Positions 39,031-50,127 of a DNA stretch of 64,000 nt are shown piece by piece. Numbering within the stretch: the first letter of the stretch is position 1; every line of letters begins with the position of its first letter. A program made the translations under genes and the position numbers. Under the pieces are notes generated by a model. It had not been told where the DNA came from. It ran no database searches and saw only the letters and a program-made list of their open reading frames with translations. The DNA lies in contig OZ024740.1 of NCBI GenBank assembly GCA_964016885.1, positions 376,774,001-376,838,000 on the forward strand. Direction: 5' to 3'. The stretch comes from Eledone cirrhosa (taxonomy: Eukaryota).

Positions 39031-39536
39031 TACCTCATTTTACTAGTCTCAAGAACGCGTCTACACGACGTGAGAAAGAATCCCAAAAGGCGGAGGGGGA
39101 GATAGTCACGCGATATAACGGTCGAGAAACAGAGCTAAGCCTCTTATAACCACGAAGAAAATACCACGGAGGCGGAGGGGGTATTCATATCGAGGCCGTA
39201 GAAGAGGTAGTGAAGAAGGCGAGAAGTATGAGTGATGGAAGCTTTCCAGTTGTCTCCACACTTCAAAGATTGCTCGACCAGAGGGAGTTATTAACAATAT
39301 ATTTAGAAACACACAGATACATGCGGACACACACATATATACATGAATGCATCCGCACCCAACCGTGAGTTAAGGGTGCCAACTTCACCGATGTTGCTCA
39401 ATGAATGACTGGGACAGACCAATTCAGTTTGAACTAGACTGAACCAGTATCAGAGTTAAAAATACATTATGAAGAGAGAAGAAACATTTAGATATAATTA
39501 GTAATAAAATGTATCATACCTAAACTGCTCCTAAAT

Positions 39537-39624
39537 TCCTCGACTACGTAGTTTCGTGGCATAAACAAAAACAATATATCAAAGATATAGAGTCCTTGCG
39601 AGGTCTGCCCACTTATCAAGAGGA
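39537..39624 (-). ncRNA. Type I hammerhead, U3:A8 core variant (family C)
   Basis: Reverse complement of 40136-40223. Confidence 0.72.
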
Positions 39625-40135
39625 TACCTCATTTTACTAGTCTCAAGAACGCGTCTACACGACGTGAGAAAGAATCCCAAAAGGCGGAGGGGGAGATAGT
39701 CACGCGATATAACGGTCGAGAAACAGAGCTAAGCCTCTTATAACCACGAAGAAAATACCACGGAGGCGGAGGGGGTATTCATATCGAGGCCGTAGAAGAG
39801 GTAGTGAAGAAGGCGAGAAGTATGAGTGATGGAAGCTTTCCAGTTGTCTCCACACTTCAAAGATTGCTCGACCAGAGGGAGTTATTAACAATATATTTAG
39901 AAACACACAGATACATGCGGAAAGCTTCCATCACTCATACTTCTCGCCTTCTTCACTACCTCTTCTACGGCCTCGATATGAATACCCCCTCCGCCTCCGT
40001 GGTATTTTCTTCGTGGTTATAAGAGGCTTAGCTCTGTTTCTCGACCGTTATATCGCGTGACTATCTCCCCCTCCGCCTTTTGGGATTCTTTCTCACGTCG
40101 TGTAGACGCGTTCTTGAGACTAGTAAAATGAGGTA

Positions 40136-40223
40136 TCCTCTTGATAAGTGGGCAGACCTCGCAAGGACTCTATATCTTTGATATATTGTTTTTGTTTATG
40201 CCACGAAACTACGTAGTCGAGGA
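40136..40223 (+). ncRNA. Type I hammerhead, U3:A8 core variant (family C)
   Basis: tcctc-TTGATAA-gtgggca...tgccac-GAAA-ctacgtag-TC-gagga: 5-bp stem I, palindromic stem III ACTACGTAGT, GUC triplet. Confidence 0.75.
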
Positions 40224-40729
40224 ATTTAGGAGCAGTTTAGGTATGATACATTTTATTACTAATTATATCTAAATGTTTCTTCTCTCTTCATAATGTATTT
40301 TTAACTCTGATACTGGTTCAGTCTAGTTCAAACTGAATTGGTCTGTCCCAGTCATTCATTGAGCAACATCGGTGAAGTTGGCACCCTTAACTCACGGTTG
40401 GGTGCGGATGCATTCATGTATATATGTGTGTGTCCGCATGTATCTGTGTGTTTCTAAATATATTGTTAATAACTCCCTCTGGTCGAGCAATCTTTGAAGT
40501 GTGGAGACAACTGGAAAGCTTCCATCACTCATACTTCTCGCCTTCTTCACTACCTCTTCTACGGCCTCGATATGAATACCCCCTCCGCCTCCGTGGTATT
40601 TTCTTCGTGGTTATAAGAGGCTTAGCTCTGTTTCTCGACCGTTATATCGCGTGACTATCTCCCCCTCCGCCTTTTGGGATTCTTTCTCACGTCGTGTAGA
40701 CGCGTTCTTGAGACTAGTAAAATGAGGTA

Positions 40730-40817
40730 TCCTCTTGATAAGTGGGCAGACCTCGCAAGGACTCTATATCTTTGATATATTGTTTTTGTTTATGCCACGA
40801 AACTACGTAGTCGAGGA
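40730..40817 (+). ncRNA. Type I hammerhead, U3:A8 core variant (family C)
   Basis: Identical copy 594 bp downstream of 40136. Confidence 0.72.
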
Positions 40818-41059
40818 ATTTAGGAGCAGTTTAGGTATGATACATTTTATTACTAATTATATCTAAATGTTTCTTCTCTCTTCATAATGTATTTTTAACT
40901 CTGATACTGGTTCAGTCTAGTTCAAACTGAATTGGTCTGTCCCAGTCATTCATTGAGCAACATCGGTGAAGTTGGCACCCTTAACTCACGGTTGGGTGCG
41001 GATGCATTCATGTATATATGTGTGTCCCCGCATGTATCTGTGTGTTTCTAAATATATTG

Positions 41060-41140
<81 letters not shown>

Positions 41141-41188
41141 AGACGTAAAATAAGAAAATTATAAAATTAACTTACTTACTAAAATATC

Positions 41189-41270
41189 ACTTCCAACTAA
41201 TTAGTTTCTGGAATGGAGTAGATACATCTTCCGAAGAAGGTGTAGAGAAACATCCCGTCATCAGGAAAGT
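41189..41270 (-). ncRNA. Type I hammerhead ribozyme (family D)
   Basis: actttc-CTGATGA-cgggatg..tacaccttc TTCG gaagatgta..cattcca-GAAA-ctaattag-TT-ggaagt. Stem III palindrome ACTAATTAGT. Confidence 0.8.
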
Positions 41271-41710
41271 CAATTCTCATATAAGTTTCCAGGCAAAGCG
41301 AGGACACTGGAAGCTTATTAAAAAATAAATCAGTGAATAGGAAATAGCAAAGCGTGGACTTAATTCCTAGCCATTGAGAAAATCACTGCCTCTGTGTCCG
41401 TGGCAAATTCAAAAAGAATCGAACACGTGACATCGAGGTCAATCGGTGGAAAGTGGGTTGTTAATAAGGCAGCGGCCAGCCTACTACTGTAGCAGCAGTC
41501 ATGGCCAGTATTGCTCGACAAAAGATTTGGAGATAATAATAAAGAATTCATATCTAGTAACATATATATACATACAAATGCATATCGATGCTAGCAAATA
41601 TATAGGTTTTGTCTTAATAACATTGTGGTTCAATGCATGGGATTGCAGAACAATAATATAAGAGACGTAAAATAAGAAAAATATAAAATTAACTTACTTA
41701 CTAAAATATC

Positions 41711-41792
41711 ACTTCCAACTAATTAGTTTCTGGAATGGAGTAGATACATCTTCCGAAGAAGGTGTAGAGAAACATCCCGTCATCAGGAAAGT
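41711..41792 (-). ncRNA. Type I hammerhead ribozyme (family D), second copy
   Basis: Identical to 41189-41270. Confidence 0.8.
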
Positions 41793-41958
41793 CAATTCTC
41801 ATATAAGTTTCCAGGCAAAGCGAGGACACTGACGTCTCTTATATTATTGTTCTGAAACCCCATGCATTGAACCACAATGTTATTAAGACAAAACCTATAT
41901 ATTTGCTAGCATCGATATGCATTTGTATGTATATATATGTTACTAGATATGAATTCTT

Positions 41959-42000
<42 letters not shown>

Positions 42001-42181
42001 TAATATGTATGTGATGAAACACAGATACCAACACATCTGTATATATATTTTGCAAAAGAAAAATTTAGCCAGATTGAAGTATACTAATTATTATACTACA
42101 GTTTGTCAATATCGATTTAAAATAATAAATCAACGAAGACGAACTGTATTGCCAAGAGGCTGTGATGTTTAGACACATATT

Positions 42182-42229
<48 letters not shown>

Positions 42230-42267
42230 GAGTGAGAGAGAGAGAAGGACCAGAGGTCATTATTGTT

Positions 42268-42364
42268 GAAACTTTGCCTTTCATCCTTACGGGGACGATA
42301 AAATAAAGTACCATTAATGCACTGGATAATTGCTGGCCTTGTGCCAAAAGTAGAAACAATTATT
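42268..42364 (+). mobile_element. tRNA-derived SINE, 3' part
   Basis: actttgcctttcatccttacgggg...gtagaaacaattatt. Confidence 0.78.
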
Positions 42365-42594
42365 ATTTAAAGTCGCCGAATTTCGCAAAATACATGATAT
42401 TTTTTATTGGAGAAGGTAAGATATTTTTCCGCAAAATTTTGATTGCGCTGTTTTGTTTCCACTCATGTATCTTTTGAAAATGTTATTTATTCGGTATAAA
42501 AATTATATGATAGCATTCTATATGTAGGTGAGCCCCTTCAACTACTGGGAACCAATATTTCTAGACCCAGTCCGCCACTGTGAATGTGTGAATG

Positions 42595-42650
<56 letters not shown>

Positions 42651-43237
42651 TCATGTATGTCTTAATCGTTTTAATCACCGTTGGATTAGGTAGATCGCCA
42701 CAGATACACAAGATAAACGAATTTGTATACATCTTCGAAACAAATTGTAACTTAGGGATATGTCGAGATGTTTATTCATATATTTATTACTCTCATTGTT
42801 CATTGTTTTTTTCAATTATACGGTAAACTTTGTTTATGTGTGTATGCGTGAGAGTGTGTGTGTGTGTGTGTGTGTGTGCGTGTGTGTATGTGTGTGTGGG
42901 GGGGTGCATGTGTGTGTGTGTGTGCGTGCATGTGTGTGTGTGCATGCGCACGTTAATACTACTACTACTACTATTCAGCTCAGTACAACACGTTGCATAT
43001 TTGGATCCTGGAATCTTATTGGGATGGGGGCAATAATATTAACATCCAATGAGATGTATAACAAAACCTATTAAAAAGGGGATGAAGTTTTGAGTGTCAA
43101 CTATCATTGAATAGTGCCCGCATATGTGTATTTACGTATGTATGTAAACGTTCAAGGCTAGTGTTAAATCTGTTTTAGTTTTACTTCTTGTTGAACGATT
43201 TGAAATATTTACAGTGGTTCAATATAATCATATATAT

Positions 43238-43243
43238 CATCAG

Positions 43244-43275
<32 letters not shown>

Positions 43276-43497
43276 GCCGGCGGTCTCAGTCGAAATGGAC
43301 TCAACAATTGATCTCCCCGTGGGTCTGTCTTTCATTGCATTTGCCAAGTCCTGGATTTCTGTACCAGAATCTCTGGAGATGACATCGGGGTAGGAGAGCT
43401 TGCGACCTCTGTTATTATTGACTGCTTGTGGTTTCCAAAGCACTAATGGGGACGCAGTGGCCAGCAAATCTTACTCTCCTTTTATGTCGTACAACAC
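43238..43497 (-). mobile_element. RTE/RTEX-type LINE 3' fragment with (GAT)n tail
   Basis: RRVRFAGHC...VLWKP...RGRKLSYPDVISRD...LANAMKDR, then (GAT)n. Confidence 0.7.
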
Positions 43498-43499
43498 AG

Positions 43500-43603
<104 letters not shown>

Positions 43604-44345
43604 ATACACATAACCTGACTCTACGAGAGTCAATATTCAGCGTTTCTTGTTACAGATATGCAGGTAAATGTCATTAAATATTTAAATAATATTTTAACTG
43701 ATATATTTTGTCACGATGAAACCCGAGTGTGTATTACTTATAGCAGCATCTGCAAAGTGTAAGAATATATTTTTTAAATCATGAAACTTCTTCAATAATC
43801 TCTAAACATATTCTACAACTAAAATATTCCCTTGATAACTAAATATTCGTATGAATACTTCATGTTTATGCTCATTTGGCGAAACTATCAACGCGCTATT
43901 ATGTGAAAACAAGTCATTAGTGAATAGAGCTTTACGAATTTAAGATAAAATGGTTTTATGTCTAGATGATGTATATGATGGAAAATATACATAGTAAATA
44001 TTTTCTGTTTTCAATGTCTTTCTGTAAGATGGTTTTTTTTTTACTTCATGTGTGGAAGAGGGGGTTCATTTGGATGTCGTATTTTGCAGAAACATTTGGA
44101 GTATATCTATGATCATATTTCGAAGGTAATGAGACGCGAGTGAAATCAACCGTAGATAAAATACAGATATATTATGGTTTATATTCTTTGCGGTCATATT
44201 GTTTTGTCAGGAATATAGAGACAGACGTAAGCACAGAAGTACATACATAAAAAGAACAAAATATGATGATACAAAATCCCCCCATGCACATATATATACT
44301 TACAAAACATGTCCATGCATATATTTATAGGTATATGCATGTGCA

Positions 44346-44398
<53 letters not shown>

Positions 44399-44399
<1 letters not shown>

Positions 44400-47300
44400 T
44401 AACTTTCTATTTATTTGCCACCAGAGCATCAAAGATTTGGACAAAGACAATGGGGGGGGGGAGATTACATACATTTCAAAGGACGTGTAAAAACATATAA
44501 CAAAGCAAATTCAAGAATCGAAGTCCTCAATAGAGAGGGGGGTTGACGTGGGTCGCACACACCCCTGAAAAAATGTAAAACCCTCCTCCTCACAGAGCAC
44601 AAAAAGCGGGTGCTCCCTTCCTCTCCTCCTTCTTCTCCTCTCTCACCTACAGGCTGATATAGAGAGAAAGCCCATTCACTCGGGCTATTCTCGCCACTTT
44701 CACCGACCTTTCATAAAACTTACTGGGGTAGAGCACCTCTCTCTCCATTCTGATCTTTCTTCTAAAATGTTACTTGAAAAAAAGGACCAGTTGATGGCCG
44801 GAGAGAAAAGTGTCTGACCCCAACCCTTTCAACCTCGTCCACCATACAACCTCTTTCGCGATAGCTATCACACGGAGGAAAACCGCCTCTAATTCGTTTT
44901 TGAAGGGGGGAGGCGGTTTGATAGTGACAATGTACTCGGTGGTCAACCGGATTGGTCCCACTCGTGACAGTAGTCGTTCCACATAGCCCCACATGTCAGC
45001 AACGCCGGGGAAGTGTACGAATGCGTACGCGACGGTTTCCTCGTCGCGCACGCATCTCGGACAGATCTTCTTCGAGGGGTCCCTACCCGGGCGCCCGTGT
45101 CTGTAGAGCTTGTCCCGAACGGCTAGAGCTCCCCGGTAGCACTGACAAGCCAGTGACTTTTGTAAGTTTTCCATTGGTCCCGGGCCAAACGTCCTTCCGA
45201 ACAGACTGGCTAGCTCGTCTTCCTCCATACCCAGAGCCTCTCCGAGAGCGTCGTCGCACTTGCTGCTCATGAAACCTCTATAGAATGTTGAGGTTGAGTC
45301 ACCCACTGATTGCCGGATCTGCGTGACAGAGGGCAGTGAGTACCTGGGCACATTCAGTGTGCCAGTTGCCTACTTTTCTCGGTCTTTGCTTCACACAGGA
45401 TTGCAGCTCGGTGAGTGAGACGAGTCTCGGAAAGGCTCGCCTCACAAAATGGGCCCACACCGATTCACAGGTGAGGAAAGCCTGGAGGTGCCGCAGCCTT
45501 AATGCGTGTCTACGCATCGTCGGCCACGGCATCCCCAGCCCTCCCTTCGAAGGGTGTTGACAGCAGATGGATCTTCTCGCCAAAGGGGTCCACTTCTTCC
45601 AAAGGAATCGGGAAAGCGCGCGCTCCATTTTGGCCAGCGTTTTTGCAGGGCAAGGCACGACGGTCAAGCGGTAGTAGATGACGGACGCTATATAAGTGTT
45701 CGCCACCTCCGCTCGACCTTTCAGGGATAGTTTGCACTCGGCCCACATCTGGGTTATCTCATCCCAGTTTTTCTCCACCTGGAAGTCCGGTCCGAACCAG
45801 ACCCCGAGCAGCTTCACCGGTCCCTCCGTCCAGCGTCCGACGACGCCGTCGGAGGGAATCGATTTGCCTCTCCACGTTCCGAGTTGCAAACCGACGGATT
45901 TGTCCCGGTTCATCTTCGCTCCTGTAAACCTTTCTTCGTATTCCTCCATTAAGGTGCCGATCTGCCCGATTTCCGAGGCGCACGACACCATTACTGTCAC
46001 GTCATCGGCGTAGGCCGACACCGCTTTCCGCAATCCCGATTCCCTGCAACAGCTCCATCTTACACAGTAGTGGCTCGAGAGCCAGCACATATAGAAGGGA
46101 GGAGAGAGGGCATCCCTGTCGGATGGATCGCGCGATGTGGAACGTCTCCGAGAGGTAGCCGTTCACCTTGACCCTCGAACAGGTGTTACTGCTGTGCATT
46201 GCAGCAATCCAGCCCCTGAAAACGAGTCCGAAGCCTGCCGCCGCGAGCACCGCATCCAGGTACCGATGGTCGACCCTATCGAACGCCTTAGATTGTTCCA
46301 AGATGATTAAGGCCCCACCAAACCGGGTTCGCTCCCTACCCTCTCTACGATGTATCACATGAGGTGGAGGTTTTGGTGTATGGACATGGACGGGATTGCG
46401 CATGTCTGCGCTTCTCCCACCAGGTTCCCGACGACAAGCGCCAACCTCTTCGCTAACACCTTGGCCAAAATCTTTAACTTTGTGTTTAGAAGAGTTATGG
46501 GTCTGAAGTTATCTATGTCTTCCCCCTTGTTCTCGTCCTTCCTCACCAGTGTGACTACGCCCTTGGTCACAGAACTGGGAATTATCCCGTTGTGTTGTCA
46601 GTTGCAGTAGACTGCCTTCAGTAGATCGGAGAACAAGTCCGGCATCGCTGCATAAATTTCGTATGGTAGGCCATCGAGAACGCGAGATTTGCGTGTGCCG
46701 TATAGATTAAGCGCTTCCCCTATTTCAGCGGCTGAAATCGGCCTTTCGCAAGACTTAGCCTCCTCGTCCGAGAGCCGCGGCAGACCGTCGAGGTATGGAC
46801 CGAAATCCATGACCTCACCCGGACCGCCGCCTCTCCCGTACAGTCGTGCAAAGCGTCGTTGAAAGGCCGCGCACATCCGCTCAGGTTCAAGGATTACGCG
46901 TCCATCCTGGTCCTTCAAAGACCGAATCGTGGACTTGTTTCCACTTTTTGCCTCTGTCACTCGGGCCCAGCTAACAGCTTTGGCTCCCTCGTTACCCAGA
47001 GCACGTATTTTACTCCTGACAACACAGCCCTCGTGCTTCGCGTCAAAGAACTGGTCTAAGGCCGTTCTTGACGCCAGCACGCCGGCCACGTTTCCCCTCC
47101 TAATCGCCTCTTCTACTCTATCTATCAATTCCCTTTCAGTTCTATTCTTATCTGATGCTAATTCCTGACTAAAACCTATCGATTCTATACTAATTTCTCT
47201 CTTGAAAGAGCCCCACCACCTGCTGTTGACAATTTTCCCCGTCAACTGCTACTTAACTAGATAACTATTCCGCTTACTGTAAGCTTTGTTTGTCGGTAAG

Positions 47301-50117
47301 GACAAGTTTAGCTTCCAGTAACCGGGTCCTTTTCTATGGGTTCTATCAAGGTTGACCACTCCGGTCACCAACTTGTGATCCGAATAGTCAACCATGAACA
47401 TTCGTGGACAGCTTAATATGTCCCTATCCTTATTTCTAACTAGGAACCTATCTAGGTACGACCTAGATGTTCCGCTGCGATTAGTCCACATCCACAGTGG
47501 CACAGTCGGAAAATCTAGTCGATATCTATCGGCCAGATCAAATCGGCGGATTAACCGTTTGAATCTGTTACACCCCTCTCTATCGGGACATGCCCCTACA
47601 TAGTCCCAAAGTGTATCCAGGATACCATTCCAGTCTCCCACGAAAAGCAAGGAGCGAGACGTTCCCAGAAAAGTCGCTAGGCGTTGGAAGAAGTCCGGTC
47701 GCGGTGTCCCAGATGGGGAATATGCTGCCACCAGCCTGAAGGCTCTACCTTCACTACTACCTACGTCTAGAACCACCAGTCGACCCTCCGGGTCCAGGTG
47801 TACCTTCCGTGTTGCGAGGCTCAGGTGTTTTCGCAGCAGAACGACCACCCCACCCCCCACCACCCCGGCTGACAGAGAGATGCATAGATCTCAAAGTGGT
47901 CGAAGGTGGGGGACAGTTGGTGCTCGCTGCTGATCCTGGACTCGCAAATAGCTATCACATCCATTCTGTGCGACCTGAGGTCATTTAAGAGTTTGCCCTT
48001 CTTCCAGGACATCCCAGGCCGCGCACATTTAAACATCCAACTCTTATAACAGCCATGTTGGTGGTGAAGAGTTTAGAGTGGAGAAAAAGGAAAAGCACCT
48101 ACCTGTCCTTCTCCTGGGAACCAGGCTGCACAATTTCCATGGAGGTGTCGTCGGGGTTGTTTGGTGGGGTGGTGGTTTGGGATGTGGTTGGGACATCAGT
48201 GTGTGGTGGGGTGGGAGTGTTTGGTGGGGGAGGGGTGTATGTGGTGGTGGTGGGTAAACATTTCAAGAGGACGCGGTTGCTAGGTCTAACACAGGGGTTC
48301 CCCACGTCCTCGGAAAAGTTCTGTTTGAGCATTGCGTAGGTGTCCCTTAGGACCCTAATCATTTTTAAATGTGGTTTAGTCGCCGCGTTGGTTAACATTT
48401 TCCCTTTGTCTATTGTTTGCACAAGTGTTTTGTTGTCTGTGTTGATGTATGTATACTGTTTTTGTTTGGTTGTGTTTGTTTTTGTTTGTTGTTCTTGTGT
48501 GTGTTTGCGTTTTGTAGCATGTGTTATGTTTTCGGGAGGGGTGGGTTTTTTGTTTGTGATGTTTGTTCTGTTTGTGCTGGTGGTTGTGTGTTTGTTGCAT
48601 TTTTGTTAATGTGGTGCCTTCTTTTCTTTCTTTTTACAGGTTGAAAGGGTTCTCCCTCGTCGTCACTGGGTGACGTTGATAAGGGGTCCCTGTCCGTGTT
48701 GTTGGGGAGTGGTATATTTTGGGATTTTGTTATGGTTGCTTTTGTATTTGTTTTAGGTGGGGAGGGGTTGGGTGGGACAGTGTCTTGTGTTGTTATTTTT
48801 TCGTGTTGTTGTGGTGGTGGTGGTGGTTATGTTGTTGTGTGTGGGGTGGGCAGAAGCGTCTTTTTTGGAGGGGGGAGCATTTAAAAGGGGACAGGAAGCC
48901 CTCAGGTGACCACTTATTGAACAGTGGTAGCATGAAGGCCGCCTGCCCTGAAGAGAAATGTTTATGAAGGCGATTCCATCCAGGGACACACGCTGCGGTA
49001 TTCTTGCTATCCGATTCTGGTCTCATTTGGACCAGAACTTCAAGGCTACTGCTGCCAAATACGCCCCCGGTGGATTCGCCTATCGAAAGGATTGTGTCTT
49101 CATCTTCTAAGAATCCCGTTAGCGCCCACCATATGCTCGCATTTGGCCTGATGCCCGAGATTCTTATCTTTTGCGTTCTTTTCCCCAAATATGTAGGGAA
49201 AAAGGTGTATGCTTTGGATACAATTGGCGACACAGAATATTTCTGTGCCGCCAATTCATCTTGCATTAAAACAGATATGCTTCCATACAGTTTCCCTTTC
49301 TGTATGAAAGCGATATCCTTCCAAGCACTACTTAGGACCAGCTCAATTTCGCTTTGGGACAAGTGAGCCGGTTTCCTAGTCCTGTTCGAAACTGTCCTAA
49401 AAATTACAGTCTTGAGGACTGTGTCCCTTCTAATTTCTTCGGGGGAGGTAATTGTGAATTCCCCACCTTCCCCGAAATTTACACAATTCCTTGCTTCTTT
49501 CAGCAATTTCTTGGCATTCGAGATGTCCAGTGCCTTGAATGTCTGCGCTTCTCGGACCGCCTGTGCGAAGGAGACTGCAGCTGTGGGTCCGTTTTCTTTC
49601 GTGTTGTTATCATTGTTGTTGTTGTTATTCGTGTTGGCTTGCTTTTTTTCTTTGTTGGTGTTGACATTATTGCTGTTGTTGTTTGTGTTGTTATTGTCAT
49701 TGTTGCTGTTGTTGGTTGTGTTGTTATTGTCATTGTTGTTATTGTTCGTGTAATTGTTACTTTTGGGATTTTCACCCATTTCCACAATTTTTTCTTTGAT
49801 TCGGTGGTGTCTTTTGCGGGAGTGAGGAGTGAAGGTTTACAGCGTTGTGCTGCTACCTTCTCTCTATCACTTTCCTTGGGGGGCGTGGCATGCGTCGTAT
49901 TAATGGCGTCCATTGTCACTAAACGACTTTTTATGGACAACTTATAACTATTAAATTTCGCCCCAAAAAGGGCGAAATTTATTTCACCCAACATCTGCAG
50001 GCCCAGGCGAGGGGTTAAACACAACAAATATCAAATTACTTAAACAGACCTACCGCTTCTCGTAATAAATTCCGACAAAATGCAGGAGCGAAACAAAAAC
50101 ACGTCTATCTTCTTCGA
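44399..50117 (-). mobile_element. Tx1/L1-clade retrotransposon, copy 2 (full length, divergent subfamily, disrupted)
   Basis: ORF1 pieces at 48793-49785 and 48099-48422 (CYHCSISGHLRASC). ORF2 pieces from about 48056 to 44770 carry APE and RT motifs. The 3' end reads GGCAAATAAATAGAAAGTTATC(TC)n. Confidence 0.92.
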
Positions 50118-50127
50118 GATAGATAGA

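Larger units (their letters stand above)
38870..41062. mobile_element. 594-bp tandem unit array with a central inversion (retrozyme/PLE-like), flanked by (TA)n
   Basis: Identical ORF ends at 39106 and 39700 give a period of 594. Sequence from 39921 onward is the reverse complement. Copies are near-identical. Confidence 0.9.
41138..41962 (-). mobile_element. Hammerhead-bearing element, 522-bp period, with an inverted terminal segment, in (TA)n
   Basis: 41138-41309 is repeated at 41660-41830. 41831-41962 is the reverse complement of about 41536-41667. Confidence 0.8.
38047..42580. mobile_element. Putative hAT-like non-autonomous DNA transposon (14-bp TIRs) containing nested insertions
   Basis: CAGTGGCGGACTGG at 38047-38060 and CCAGTCCGCCACTG at 42567-42580, with GC-rich subterminal motifs. 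No clear TSD and no transposase. Confidence 0.55.

Noticed and set aside
39106-40654. Repeated 68-76 aa ORFs as protein genes
   Set aside because: They have non-ATG starts in microsatellite-like sequence and no recognisable domain; the recurrence reflects the tandem unit.
42735-42760. GAAACAAATTGTA hammerhead 3' half
   Set aside because: No upstream CTGANGA and no second copy.
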